Below are positions 1 to 11,700 of a stretch of DNA of 64,000 nucleotides, one piece after another (the first letter of the stretch is position 1; every line of letters starts with the position of its first letter). The stretch is from contig NC_082715.1 in assembly GCF_030144855.1 (NCBI RefSeq), positions 131,440,001 to 131,504,000 on the forward strand, written 5' to 3'. This DNA comes from Hypanus sabinus (lineage: Eukaryota). The notes below the pieces were generated by a model. It saw only the letters and a program-made list of their open reading frames with translations. It was not told where the DNA came from and searched no databases. The position numbers and the translations under genes are program-made.

Positions 1-629
1 TAGAAATCGCAGCTCTCCTCAAAACCTTCCCTTCCATCTGTCGTCAGGTGAAGATGATCCTTGCTTGTTGTTGTCCTGTAATGACAAAAGCGCAGTTTTG
101 ATTATCATCAGTTCATGACAAAACACACAATTAATCAGTTCTCTTTTGGTCAATTTACCACCATCTACACGAATGGGTTTCTTGGCCTTCTGTGACATGA
201 CCCAAAAGGCACTGCCATTGCTGTTTTTTACTACCTTACCCTGATGTGGGGCTTTGGTAGGCCAGCTCACCCATGTGTTTAGTCCTGCTGGAGGAGACTG
301 CTCTTCCCCCAGCTTTGATTCAGGTACGACAGAGCGGGTTGATGGAATCATCTTGCTCATTTTGGTGCCCAAGCGTCTGGGTCTGTTGTTAAGATTATAC
401 AAGGCAGTTCATGAATTTGCTGTTCAGGAGACAATTCAACCTTTCTCTCAACCCAGTAGCTTGAGGATAATGGCAGTTTGAAAAACTGAGTTCGCACCAT
501 TTTGTACAGCCCATTCTTGAACTTGTTGCCCGGTGAAATGGCTTCCATTCTCTGATTGTACTTCCACAGGGACTCCATATGTTTCAACCAGGCTCCTTCG
601 TCCTTTAATAGTGCTTTTGTGGTCTGCTC

Positions 630-1436
630 AACCTGGCAGTCAATGTCAGTAAGATGAAAGAGCTGATTGTGGACTTCAGGAAGGGTAGGACAAAGGACCG
701 ATCCTCATAGAAGGATCAGAAGTGGAGAGAGTGAGCAGTTTCAAGTTCCTGGGTGTCAAAATCTCTGAGGATCTAAACTGGTCCCAACATATCGATGCAG
801 TTATAAAGAAGGCAAGACAAGAGACTATGCTTCATTGGGAGTTTGAAGAGGTTTGGTATGTCAACAAATACACTCAAAAACTTCTATAGATGCACTGTGG
901 AGAGCATTCTGACAGGCTGAATCACTGTCAGGTATGGGGGGGGACTACTGCACAGGACTGAAACAAGCTGCAGAGGGTTGTAAATTTAGTTCAGCTCCAT
1001 CTTGAGTACTAGCCTTCAAAATACCCAGGACATCTTCAAGGATCGGTGTCTCAGAAAGGCAGTGTCTATTAATAAGGAACTCCATCACCCAGGGCATGCC
1101 CTTTTCTCACTGTTACCATCAGGAAGGAGATACAGAAGCCTAAAGGCACACACTCAGCGATTCAGGAACAGCTTCTTCCCCTCTGCCATCCGATTCCTAA
1201 GTGGACGTTGAACCCTTGAACACTACCTCACTTTTTAAATATATATCATTTCTGTTTTTTTGTATGATTTTTAATCTATTCAATATATGTATACTGGAAT
1301 TGATTTACTTATTATTATTAATATATTTTGTTTTTTTCCGCTCTATCTTATGTATTGCATTGAACTGCTGCTGCTACATTAACAAATTTCACGTTACATG
1401 CCAGCGATAATAAACCTGATTCTGATTCTGATTCTG
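630..1436 (+). mobile_element. Rex1/Babar-type LINE 3' fragment
   Basis: C-terminal HPGHALFSLLPSGRRYRSL...FRNSFFPSAIR motif and (GATTCT)n tail. TCTGCTC is duplicated at 623-629 and 1433-1439. Splits the ERV integrase. Confidence 0.85.
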
Positions 1437-1972
1437 CTCGAGCAGGTGGGATTGCCGTCAATACTCCTGAATGCCCACCATAGTGAGTAAATATGTAAGG
1501 TTTCAGTGGGGAGGTAAGGGCCCCATGTAATCAATTAGACACATCTATGCCCGTCCCTCCCCTCGTGTGAGATGTCCTGTCGTCTGGCAATTTGTTGCTG
1601 TGGGGTTTTTGTTTGCTGATAGGCCTCACATTTTACCACCTCAACTTTTACAGTGTCATAGGGTACAGCTGCTCCTTGTCTCTTTGCTCTTTTTTCCATT
1701 CCAGCCACCCCCAAGTGTCCAGACACTTCATGAACCCACTTGGCTAGTGGGGATAAATCCTCTTCCACCCCTGTTGCCTCACTGCCCCACACTGGGTGAT
1801 CTGCATCTTTGTTGCCCACCACCACATGATCACCCCCTCCTGTAGATGGACCTCCACATGCAAAACTGCGATCTTTCGAGTCCAGGCACAGGCCCATGAT
1901 CCGGATGTTACTCACTGTTCCTTTTAAGGGCAAGGTTACGGCTCCCAGATCTGCCAGTGAGGACTCCTTTCC

Positions 1973-2057
1973 ATAGAACGCTGCCTGGCCTGCTGGGTTC
2001 CTCCAGCGTTTTGTGTGAGTTGCTCGGATTTCCAGCATCTGCAGATCTTCTCTGTCT
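1973..2057 (+). repeat. Penelope-like element terminal-repeat fragment
   Basis: gctgcctggcctgctgggttcctccagcgttttgtgtg...tttccagcatctgcaga, the same motif that ends the PLE copy at 53040-53600. Confidence 0.6.
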
Positions 2058-2059
2058 GG

Positions 2060-2560
2060 TACAACGGTGGTGATCTGTTTCTGCGCAGATTGTCACAGGA
2101 AAGCAGCATCTATCATCAAGAACCCCTACCACCCAGGACATGCTCTCTTCTCACTGTTGCCTCAGGAAGAAGGTACAGGAGCCTCAGGACTCACAGCAAC
2201 AGTTATTACCCCTTGACCATCAGGCTCTTGAACCAGAGGGAAAAACTTGACTCAGCTTCACTTGCCCCATCATTGAAATGTCCCCACAACCTATTGACTC
2301 ACTTTCAATGACTCTTCATCTCACGTTCTCAATATTTATCGCTTACTTATCTATTATTATCATTTCTTTCTTTTTGTATTTGCACAGTTTATGCCTTTGG
2401 CACCTTTGTTGAAAGCCCAAACTGGCGTGGTCTTTCATTGATTCTGTTATAGTTATTATTCTCAATTGGATTTATTGCGCATGCCCACAAGAAAATGAAT
2501 CTCAAGGTTGTATGTGGTGAGAGACATGTACTTGGATGATAAATTTACTTTCAACTTTGA
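2060..2560 (+). mobile_element. Rex1/Babar-type LINE 3' fragment
   Basis: SGRRYRSLRTH motif and a 3' tail ending ataaatttactttcaactttga. Confidence 0.75.
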
Positions 2561-3204
2561 GGTCCCCACCAGCCACATCTTTTCGCAGACCTGAGCAGGA
2601 TAGTTAGATGGGGTATATGCTGCCACCAAGAAAAAAAAGCAGGCCAGCAAACATCAGCGCTTCTGTCTTATTTAATGCGTTTTGCTGCATTGAGCATCTT
2701 AACCTTGGCAATACCCGGGATGGCTCTCTGACCTGAGCTCCAGCCAAGAACCAAAGCCTGAACAGCCTTACTGGGCCATTGAACCTTCAGAGGGTTGATG
2801 TGTTCCTTTAACACACAGAGAGCCTCCAGCACCTTCTCCTTGCATGGCTCCCCCTTACTAACGTATCAGCAATGTAATGTCCACCCTGTGTGCTGTGCAA
2901 GAGACAGCATTGATCCTGGCCCTGAACCACCAAAGGGCGACGCGAGCTCGGGCTGCGAACGTACCCGTGGGAAGCGCGTACCGCCTTCCCCACCAGTCCT
3001 GTCAGCGGACATCCAGCGGGATTGAGAAGAAGGCATTAGACAGGTCAATCACAGCATAGCACTCGTCTCCACCAGGGTAATGACTGTGGCTAAGGTCAGT
3101 GTGTGCTTGTTTAACTGTTGATCATCATGCTCCAACTCCCATCTGATTTCTTCACTGGCCAGACAGGACTGTTGCACTGTGGTGTGGCTGGTCTTACCAA
3201 GCAG

Positions 3205-3460
3205 TGCCGTTCCCATTCCCTGAGGGTCTCCGGAATTTCTTTGTGCCCCCCTCGGATTCTATACCAGAGGGTGCAGCCTCAGAGGGACATCCCTTTAGAA
3301 CGGAGATTCTGAGAATTCTTTGTCAGAAGGTGCTGAATCTGTGGAATTCATTGCCACGGACGGCCGTGGAGGCCAAGCCATTGAGTATATTTAAAGCAAA
3401 GATTGATGTTCCTAATTAGTCAGTGGGTCAAAGGTTACAAGGAGAAGGCAGAATAATGGA
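3205..3460 (+). mobile_element. CR1 LINE 3' fragment
   Basis: VLNLWNSLPRTAVEA, the CR1 ORF2 C-terminal motif. Confidence 0.75.
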
Positions 3461-4405
3461 GCCCCTCTGACCCTCAACACAGGTGCCCCTCAGGGTTGTG
3501 TACTAAACCCCCTCCTTTACTCTCTGTATACCCATGACTGTGTTGCCACCCACAGCTCCAATCTGCTAATTAAATTTGCTGATGACACTACATTGATTGG
3601 CCTAATCTCAAATAATAACGAGGCAGCTGCAGAGAAGTCACCACCCTGACACAGTGGTGTCAAGAAAACAATCTCTCCCTCAATGTCGCAAAAACAAAGG
3701 AGCTGGTTGTGGATTACAGGAGGAATGAAGGCAGGCTAGCCCCTATTAACATCAATGGATTGGGGTTGAGAGGCTGAACAGCTTTTAGTTCCTCAGCATA
3801 AACATCACTGAGGATTTCAAATGCTCTGTACATACCGGCTGTGTGTGAAAAAGGCACAACAGCGCCTCTTTCAACTCAGACAGTTGAAGAAGTTTGGTGT
3901 GGGCCCTCAAATCCTAAGAACTTCCTATAGGGGCACAATTGAGAGCATCCTGACTGGCTGCATCACTGCCTGGTATGGGAACTGAACCTCCCTCGATCGC
4001 AGGACTCTGCAGAGAGTGGTGCAGACAGCCCAGCGCATCTGTAGGTGTGAATTTCCCACTATTCAGGACACTTACAAAGACAAGTGTGTTAAAAGGCTTG
4101 AAGTTTCACTGGGGACCTGAGTCACCCCAACCACCAACTGTTCCAGCTGCTACCATCCAGGAAACGGTACTGCAGCGTAAAAGCCAGGACCAACAGGCTC
4201 CGGGACAGCTTCTTCCACCAGGCCATCAGACTGATTAATTCATGCTGTTATAATTGTATTTCTATGCTATATTGACCATCCTGTTGTACATGCTATTTAT
4301 TATAAGTTACTATAAATGGTACATTTAGACGGAAATGTAATGTGAAGATTTTTACTCCTCATGTATATGAAGGACATAAGTAATAAAGTCAATTCAATTC
4401 AATTC
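3460..4405 (+). mobile_element. Rex1/Babar-type LINE fragment
   Basis: RT motifs TGAPQGCVL and IKFADDT; (CAATT)n tail at ~4390-4405. Confidence 0.8.
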
Positions 4406-5679
4406 ATTTCATGTACTCAGCCTAAAAAAAAACAATCTTCACATTAGACATGCTGAAAATGATCTCCCCTTCAGCACAATCACTTCATTCCTGTATTGTG
4501 GCCAGACCTGCAAAAGATATTGAGGCTGTGGTCTAACTAGCGTTGTTTACTATTGTGGTGGTTGAAAATACCTTCCAGCAGCCTAGACCTTCTTTCTCAC
4601 ACACTTATCTGTTTTGGTGTCATTGGAAAACATCTTATTGGCAGATCCTCCATGTATCCGATAGAACGTTAAATACTGTATAAGGACCCAAATGTAGAGC
4701 CTTGATAAATCTGACCACATATACCCTCTGGACTCCAACACTATCATCTACGATTCCCCTTTGCCTTCACCCACAGAGCCATATTTAAACCGACATCACT
4801 TCCCTGGGTTTCATTTTACTTATCTGCTACATAGGACTTGGACGATCAAAAATCTTGCTTAAAATCCATATACCATCCGCGTCATTACTCCTTGCTGCCA
4901 GCTGGAGCCAGGATATAGAATTTAGTGCAGAAAACACATAGAATTCTCGCAAGTCAGGCAACATCTTTAAGTGCCTTGAAGATGGCCCTGTCATTAAAAT
5001 CAGTCATCATTCAGGCCAATTGGAAGCCATGGCCGATGGCCAAGGTGCTGAAAGAATGGAATGCCGCTTTCAATTCTGTGGATAAGTTGGCTGTCAGGTG
5101 AGGGAGAGCTGTGCCTTCATATGCCATCAGGAAAGCAAAACACAGAGAATCTACAGCATTTCTGTGACACCAGGGGCACACGGTGAATGTGGTAGGGTAC
5201 TCAGACCATAATGGACTACAGGATCATTTTGCGTGTAATGACTGAAGACCCAGTTAAGCTGCCGGGTCTGACAACATTTCTGGTTGGGTTCTCAGTGACT
5301 GCACGGCCCTGCTAGCAGATGTTCTCAGGGAGATCTTTAACATCTCTGGGACAGTCCGTTGTCTCCTCAGGCTTCATGACCACCACCATCATCCTGCCCA
5401 AGAGACTGACAGTAACCCACCTTAATGACTACCGTCCAGTGGCACTGACCTCAAGAATAATGACGTGCTTTGAGCAGCAGTTCATGAACTGCATCAAATC
5501 CAGCCTTCTCACTACATTGTACCCCTATCAGTTTGCACATCACCCAAATTGCTCCACCAATGATGCAACAGCCTCTGGCATCTACTCAGTCCTGTCCAAC
5601 TGGAGAATGGTGTCTCCTATGTCAGAATGCAGTCCATCGACTTCAGTTTGGTGTCCATTATGATAGTTCCTTAGACGCC

Positions 5680-6290
5680 TGTCATAGACTCATGGAAACA
5701 GGCCTTTCGGCTCATGTGGTCTGTGGCGGACTAGTCCCACGCACCGGCATCGCGATCACAGCCCCTCCACGCCTCTCATCCAGGCACCCATCTCATTCCT
5801 CTCAAATTGAACCACTTCCACAGGCAGCTCGTTCCACACTTCCACCACCTTCTCAGTGAAGAAGACCCCCCTCAGATTCTCCTTAAATATTCCACCTTTC
5901 ATCCTGTACCTGTGAACGATAGTCCTAGTCTCATCCAATGTCAGGGGTTTTTGCAAGCATTTTCCCTATCTATACCCCTCATAATTTTGCTCTATAAGAT
6001 CACACTCATTCTCCTACACTCCAGTAAATAACATCTGAATCTAGTTTACCTTTCACTATAACTCAGACCCTCAAGTCCCAATAATATCCTTGTAAATTTT
6101 CGCTGCACCCTTTCAAACTTATTGATATCTATCTTACAGGTAAGTGACCACAACTGCCCACAGTACTCCAAACTTGGCCTCACCAATGTCTTATAAAACT
6201 TCAGCTTAAGATCCCAGTGGCTATACTCAATTCTTTGATTCATGGAGGTCAAAGTGCCAAAAGCCGTCTTCATGATCCTTTCTACCTGTC
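5680..6290 (-). mobile_element. CR1 LINE 3' portion
   Basis: LVRPSLEYC...ERVQRKFTR and FFTEKVVEVWNELP on the minus strand. Confidence 0.85.
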
Positions 6291-6725
6291 CAACCTTTCT
6301 ACTAACGCCTGCCTCAGTAGCTGGATCTTGATGGAGTGGCTGGGGACGGTCTGTGTCGCAGCAACATCTCTAGCACCGCCACGGTGAGTCCCAGCACTCC
6401 CCAGAACGGTTCGCACTGCTGATGTGTGACTGTACTGCCGGATCCATTAATTTCGCTGATGGCAGAACAGTGCTTGGCCCCATCAGCTATAACGATGAGG
6501 TGGCACACCGAGAGGAGGTAGAGCGGGTTGTGGACTGCTGGGAAAAAAAACAACTTGAGTCTCAGTGCGGGCAAAACTGAAGAGATGTCTGTGCACTTCG
6601 GGAATGAGCAGGGCGACCACTCCCGACTGTACATCGATGACTCCTCTGTGGAGAGAGTCAGGAATGCGCCTCACTGACGATCTCACCCGGTCCCTCAACA
6701 CCACCTCTTTAGTCAAGAAAGCACA

Positions 6726-7036
6726 AAACCTTCAATTCGCTATTTAAGCTCAGATGTTGGCTATTATTAATTTTTATTATATAAGAAGGTATCTACCTTC
6801 TTTTCTCCTTAATGAACAGCTTCGGTCTTGGTGGGGGTTAGATTCTTTTTTTCTTTTGTAATAAATTAGTGTAGTTCAATATAACTATTGATTAACTTAT
6901 ATGAATACGGGGTAATGTAATTGTTATTATGAATAGATATAATGTGACTGGTAGTTTTAAAAAATCTTTTCTGACCTTTTATATACACTTTCTTGTACTC
7001 TGTATTCTTCTATGTAGAAACTAATAAAATATTGGA
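6726..7036 (+). mobile_element. 5'-truncated L1-type 3' end with TSD
   Basis: AT-rich 3'UTR-like insert ending AATAAAATATTGG, flanked by AAGAAAGCACA (6715-6725) and AAGAAAGCGCA (7037-7047). The host LINE continues on both sides. Confidence 0.6.
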
Positions 7037-7466
7037 AAGAAAGCGCAGTGGTGCCTTTACTTCCAGAGGAGACGAACCACATCCCACTGGAGTTCTATTG
7101 GAGTGCGCTCCTGACCAGCTGTATCACCGCCTGGTGTGGAAATTGCAAAGCATTTGACCACAAGATCATGTAACGGATTGTGAGGGCTGCTGAGAGAATC
7201 ATCGGAGTCTCTCTCACCACACCACACCCCACCAGCCAGGACATACACCAGAAACAGTGCATTTACAGAGTCCTCGGCACTGTCAGGGGCCCCTCGCTAG
7301 AGTCCCACAATCTCTTTGACCTCCTGCCATCGGGCAAAAGGTAAGAACAAGGCTGGGTGACTGCTTCTTTCCTCAGGCTGTGAGCATCTGCCTCCGCCCA
7401 GTACGCAATATTTATGACCAGTCAGAGTAATACTGTTATAAATGTCGTAAATGCACTTTATGTTTA

Positions 7467-7800
7467 CTTCAAAGTAAATTTTATTATCAAAGTACATATA
7501 CGTCACCATATACAGCCCCAAGATTCATTTTCTTGCAGGCATTCTCAATAAATCCATAATAGAATAACTATAATAGAATGAATGAAAGACCGCACCAACT
7601 TGGGCATTCAACCCGTGTTCAAAAGACTGTGCAAATACAAAAAATAAATAAATAAATAAATAAATAAATAAATATTGAGAACATGATATGAAGAGTCCTT
7701 GAAAGTGAGTCCCTTGGTTGTGGGAACATTTCAATGTTGGAGCAAGTGAAGCTGAATGAAGTTATCCCCTTTGGTTCAAGAGCCTGATGGTTGTGGGTTA
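7467..7800 (-). mobile_element. Rex1/Babar-type LINE 3' tail with (AAAT)n tract
   Basis: Reverse complement of the tail at 2220-2560; (AAAT)n at ~7642-7673. Confidence 0.7.
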
Positions 7801-8230
7801 CACCTAGAGAATACTATTTTTTTTATCTGCTAATATTATTTTATGATTTGTATGTGATCTGAGCTTTGAAACTTCGTTCCTCAGGAACGTTGTTTCATTT
7901 AGCTGTAAACGTGCACAATTGAATGTTAATAAACTTGAAAAGAAGCAGAATTAACATGTTAAATGACTTAAAAGCAGAAAAAGAGTTTCGTTACGACAGA
8001 TTTTAAGAAATCCGGAGGCGAGGAAAAAGAGGGAGTAGGATAAAATTGAACGTTACGGAGGTGATGCAACAACGTTCATGAGGGTACACGGGCAGAGTGT
8101 TGCTACCATAAACCAACAGACTAGACGTACTAGAAACTTAAAATAAAAACAGAATCGATTTGGAAAGTAACAAAACTGACGTTGATAGTCAGTGACAACA
8201 ACTAGAGAAAAAAGGGGGGGGGGGTCAGGG

Positions 8231-8302
8231 GACCACGTGACACGACGCCCCGTGACGTCACGGCCGGAAGCCCCGCCCCGTGACGGCGCTGCCGGAAGCC
8301 CC
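8231..8302. promoter_or_regulatory. CLEAR/E-box + CRE + tandem ETS sites
   Basis: GACCACGTGAC at 8231-8241 (GTCACGTGGTC on minus); palindrome CCGTGACGTCACGG at 8250-8263 (CRE core TGACGTCA); CCGGAAG at 8264-8270 and 8292-8298. Confidence 0.75.
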
Positions 8303-8376
8303 GCCCCGCCCCGCCCCGTCCCGCCCCGCCGGTGGAGGAGAAGTGCGCAGGCTCGGCCGGGCTGTGCGGAGTGGTG

Positions 8377-8760
8377 ATGTCGGGCGCCGTGCTGTTGAGT
8401 GGCTGTCTGCTGGCTGTGCTCGGGGACGGGGCCCTTGGCTTCTCCTCGTCCGCCGGACTGCAGCCTGACTTCATCCGGCGCGGTGACGGCAGCCACCAGG
8501 CCGCCGCCTGGGGCGGTGTAGGTGGGCCGCTGCGGGAAGGCGGAAGCCCGGCCGGCTGGTGGATGGCCTCTGCGCTGTTGGACTCGGAGTTGCTGGTGGA
8601 CGGGGCGGTGAACCCGAGGTGCCGGCAGCTACTGAACGAGTTCGGGGAGAGCTGCTCGACCTTGCTGAGCTGCTTGGTGAAGAACGCACGGCCGGTGCGG
8701 GTCTGCGAGAGGTGTTTCTCCCACTTTAACAACTTCAGCGATGTCTACGACAAAATCGCA
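8377..8760 (+). CDS. OSTM1: OSTM1 coding exon 1
   Basis: ATG at 8377 inside the CpG island. Signal peptide [21 protein letters not shown], then [32 protein letters not shown]. Donor GCA|GTACGT at 8760/8761. Confidence 0.93.
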
Positions 8761-11700
8761 GTACGTGCAGGGAAACCGAGTGCCCCGGCCCGCTGGATTC
8801 GTACACAGTCTGTCCTCTTGGTTGTTTGTCAATCTAAATACTACTGCTCTTAGAGCAATTTGGGAAGCTCTGGATAAAATAGGCCGTACTTGAGGGGAAA
8901 TCTTGCCTGAAAAATATGTTGGAATTCTGCAAGGAAATAACAGGCAGTATAGAGAAAGGAGATTCAGTGGATGTTGTTTACTTGGAATTTCAAAAGGCCT
9001 TTGACAAGGTGCTGTACTTGAGGCTACAAGATAAGAGTGCATGGTATTACATGACAGATATTAGTATGGATAGAAGATTGGCTGATTGGCAGGAGGCAAA
9101 GTGTGGGAATAAAGGGAGCCTTTTCAGGTTGGCTGCTGGTGTCTAGTGGTGTTCTGCAGGGGTTGGTATTGGGATTGCTTCTCTTCACGTTATATGTTAA
9201 TGATTCAGTTGGAGTTGATGGCTTTGTGGCCAAGTTTGTAAGTGATACAATGATAGGTGGAGGGGCAGGTAATGTTGAGGAAGCAGGGCGTCTGTAGAAG
9301 GATTTAGACAGATTAAGAGAATGGTCAAAGTGGCAGAGGGAATATAGTGTAGACTGTTTCCTAAAATTCACAAATCAGAGAGTAATGTACTTCAAAGGAA
9401 TACAGGTGTAGACTGTTTTCTAAAATTCACAAAGAGGTGCAATGGGGTTTGGGAGTCCTCATGCATGATTGCTTAAAGATTAGCCTGCAGGTTGGGTCAG
9501 GAAGGCAAGTGCATTGTTGGCATTTATTTTGTGAGGACTGGAATATAAAAGCATGGATGCAATGCTGAGGCTTTGTAAGACATTGGTCAGACCACGCTTA
9601 GAATATTGTGAGTGGTTTTAGAGTTCAAAGTCAATTTATTATCAAAGTACATATATGTCACCATAAAGAGCCCCGAGGCTCATTTTTCTTGTGGGCAATC
9701 ACAGTAAATACAAGGAGCACAATTGAGTATGCCCCTTGTTTAAGAAATTATGTGTTGGCATTGGAGAGGGTCCAGAGCAGGCTTATGAGAATGATCCTGG
9801 GAATGAAAGGGTTAATGTATGAAGACTGATGGCTCAGGACTTTAGAAGAATGGGGAGGGGGGGAAGTCTATCACATATTGAAAGGTTGAGATAAAGTGGA
9901 TGTGGAGAGGATGTTTTTGATAGTAGGGAGTCTGGGACCAGTGGACGCATTCTCAGAATAGAGGGATGTTCTTTTAGATCAGAGATGGGGAATTTCTTTA
10001 CCTAGAGGGTGGTGAAACTGGAATACTTTGCCAAAGACAGCTTTGGAGGCTGTCATTGGGTTTATTTAAAGCAGAGATTGATAGGTTCTTTATTACTGAG
10101 GGTATCAAGGAGAATAGGGTTGAGGGGGATAATGAATCCACCATGATGGAATGGTTGAGTGGACCCAGTGGGTGAGTGGCCTAATTCCGCTGCTATCTGA
10201 AGCAATGCAAGACTGGAGGAATTCAACAGGTCAGGCAGCATCAATAGAGTGAAATAAACCCTTCTTGTTTCAGGTCCAGGTTTTTCAATTGGAAATGTTG
10301 ACTGCCCATTTCCCTCCTCTGGTGTTGTCCATCTTGCTGATTTCCATAAGTTGGAAAAGTGTCTGCTTCATATTTTCTTTGCCCCCTTGGCTCCTAACAA
10401 CTTCAGCCTTAATGTAATTAATATGAAAATGAGGTTCAACTGTTATAGTTAATATTGAGTGATTCCATAAAATCTTTGTATAGGATCATAAAAAATTTAT
10501 GACATGAGAGGGTGTCCGACCATTGCATCTGCGCCTTGAAAATGTTCTCCAACCTCATGTCACTTTCTAACATAAGGTCAGTAGGTCACAGCTCATTGAG
10601 ACCCCTACCATCAAATGGGGGAAAAAAAAGTCTTTCTCTTAATTGTATATGATGTATCAAAGCTATGCTGAGCAAAATAATGTATTTTTTCCAATATACA
10701 TCATTCAGTGTTCTCAATGTTTCTCCACTATGCTGGAGAAACCAAATGTAGATTAGGAGTCCAGTTTGTGGAGCACCTGCAGTCGGTCTATGAGAATAGT
10801 TGTAAGCTGCTTCCATGTCTTTATTCTTCTCTCCAAAGACCGAATTTCATAGCATTTATGAACAAAGGAGGGTGATCTGTCACCCTACCTGACCATCTGA
10901 CCATGGTTTCTAATTTATCCCCCTGGCAGTGTTGGCCTTGTGCTTACAGTGATAATTCATTTGTTCTTCCCTCCACCCCCTGCATTTTAATTGCAACTTA
11001 ACATTAGCTTGGTTTTTCTCTATTCCCGTTGTAATGAAGGGTCTTTGACTTGAAACTTCTGCTTTTCATTCCACATTTGCTACCTGATGTGCTGACTGTG
11101 TTTTGGTTTTGTTTGAGATGCAAGGGGCATTGGTGGGCTGAATGGCCTAATTCTGCTTGCATGTCTTATAGACTTCAATCCTGTTCGTTACCATCTTAAA
11201 AGAAATTAGTGTAAGACTATTTTCTGTTGTATCTATTCATAATTTCGTATCTTTGCTCTTATTTAATCCCTTTCCCCAGCCAATTTTGTTTGGGGAAATC
11301 TAATTATCCTTTTTTTAAAAAAAGAGCTTTAAATTAGATAAAGATAAAATCCTCAATTGTATAGGTTATACTGTAATGAGTGTACTCTGGACTTTGTACA
11401 CTTATTCAAAGGAGGGCTCAACAATCTATTGTTTCTGTGTGAGATCGTGGAATTGATCTTCATGTAGTGTAAATTGGAAATGCTAAACAATGAAGTCAGC
11501 AACATTAAGGCTTTAGAGTTGCTAAAAGATTTGACTGAATGTCATCTTAATGGATAGTCTGTTGAAATTGTAATCTCCAACATGGACTGCTCCTTCTTAT
11601 CCAAAACTCTGCTGATTGTGTATGGTCCTGTTTATCTTTCGTCTTTCCTCATAGACCACATTATGTCAGAGTCCAATCCTTTTTATATATTCTTGCCCTG

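Larger units (their letters stand above)
19..3200 (-). mobile_element. Decayed endogenous retrovirus pol (RT-RNaseH-IN), class III / ERV-L-like, fragmented by later insertions
   Basis: Minus-strand motifs in pol order: NSPVWPVKKSDGSW (~3173-3132), YAVIDLSNAFFSIPL (~3058-3014), HYIAD (~2879-2865; one base from YIDD), QHIPHL (~2622-2605), WVHEVSGHLG...C..YQQ (ORF 1535-2038), IDYMGPLP (1535-1512), YGVPVEVQSENGSHFTG (~579-529), HYPQATGLRERLN (~472-434). Multiple frameshifts. Confidence 0.85.
4965..7440 (+). mobile_element. Rex1/Babar-type LINE, interrupted by CR1 and L1 insertions
   Basis: LNDYRPVALTS (ORF 5319-5663), then FAD and later C-terminal motifs resume at ~6310 and ~7037. Confidence 0.7.
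8200..8800. promoter_or_regulatory. CpG island / OSTM1 promoter and exon 1
   Basis: Abrupt high-GC, CpG-dense segment in an otherwise CpG-depleted window. No TATA box; GC-box array (CCCCG)n at 8299-8330. Confidence 0.9.

Noticed and set aside
8332-8376. In-frame GTG-initiated 15-aa N-terminal extension of OSTM1 in the ORF track
   Set aside because: It lies at the edge of the GC-box array near the probable TSS. The ATG at 8377 directly begins a good signal peptide.
8761-8853. Continuation of the exon 1 ORF to a stop at 8853
   Set aside because: Intron read-through past the GTACGT donor; OSTM1 similarity resumes in exon 2.
8053-9042. Several 130-176 aa minus-strand ORFs over the CpG island
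   Set aside because: Stop-poor GC-rich antisense shadows of OSTM1 exon 1 and its promoter; low complexity, no recognisable domains.
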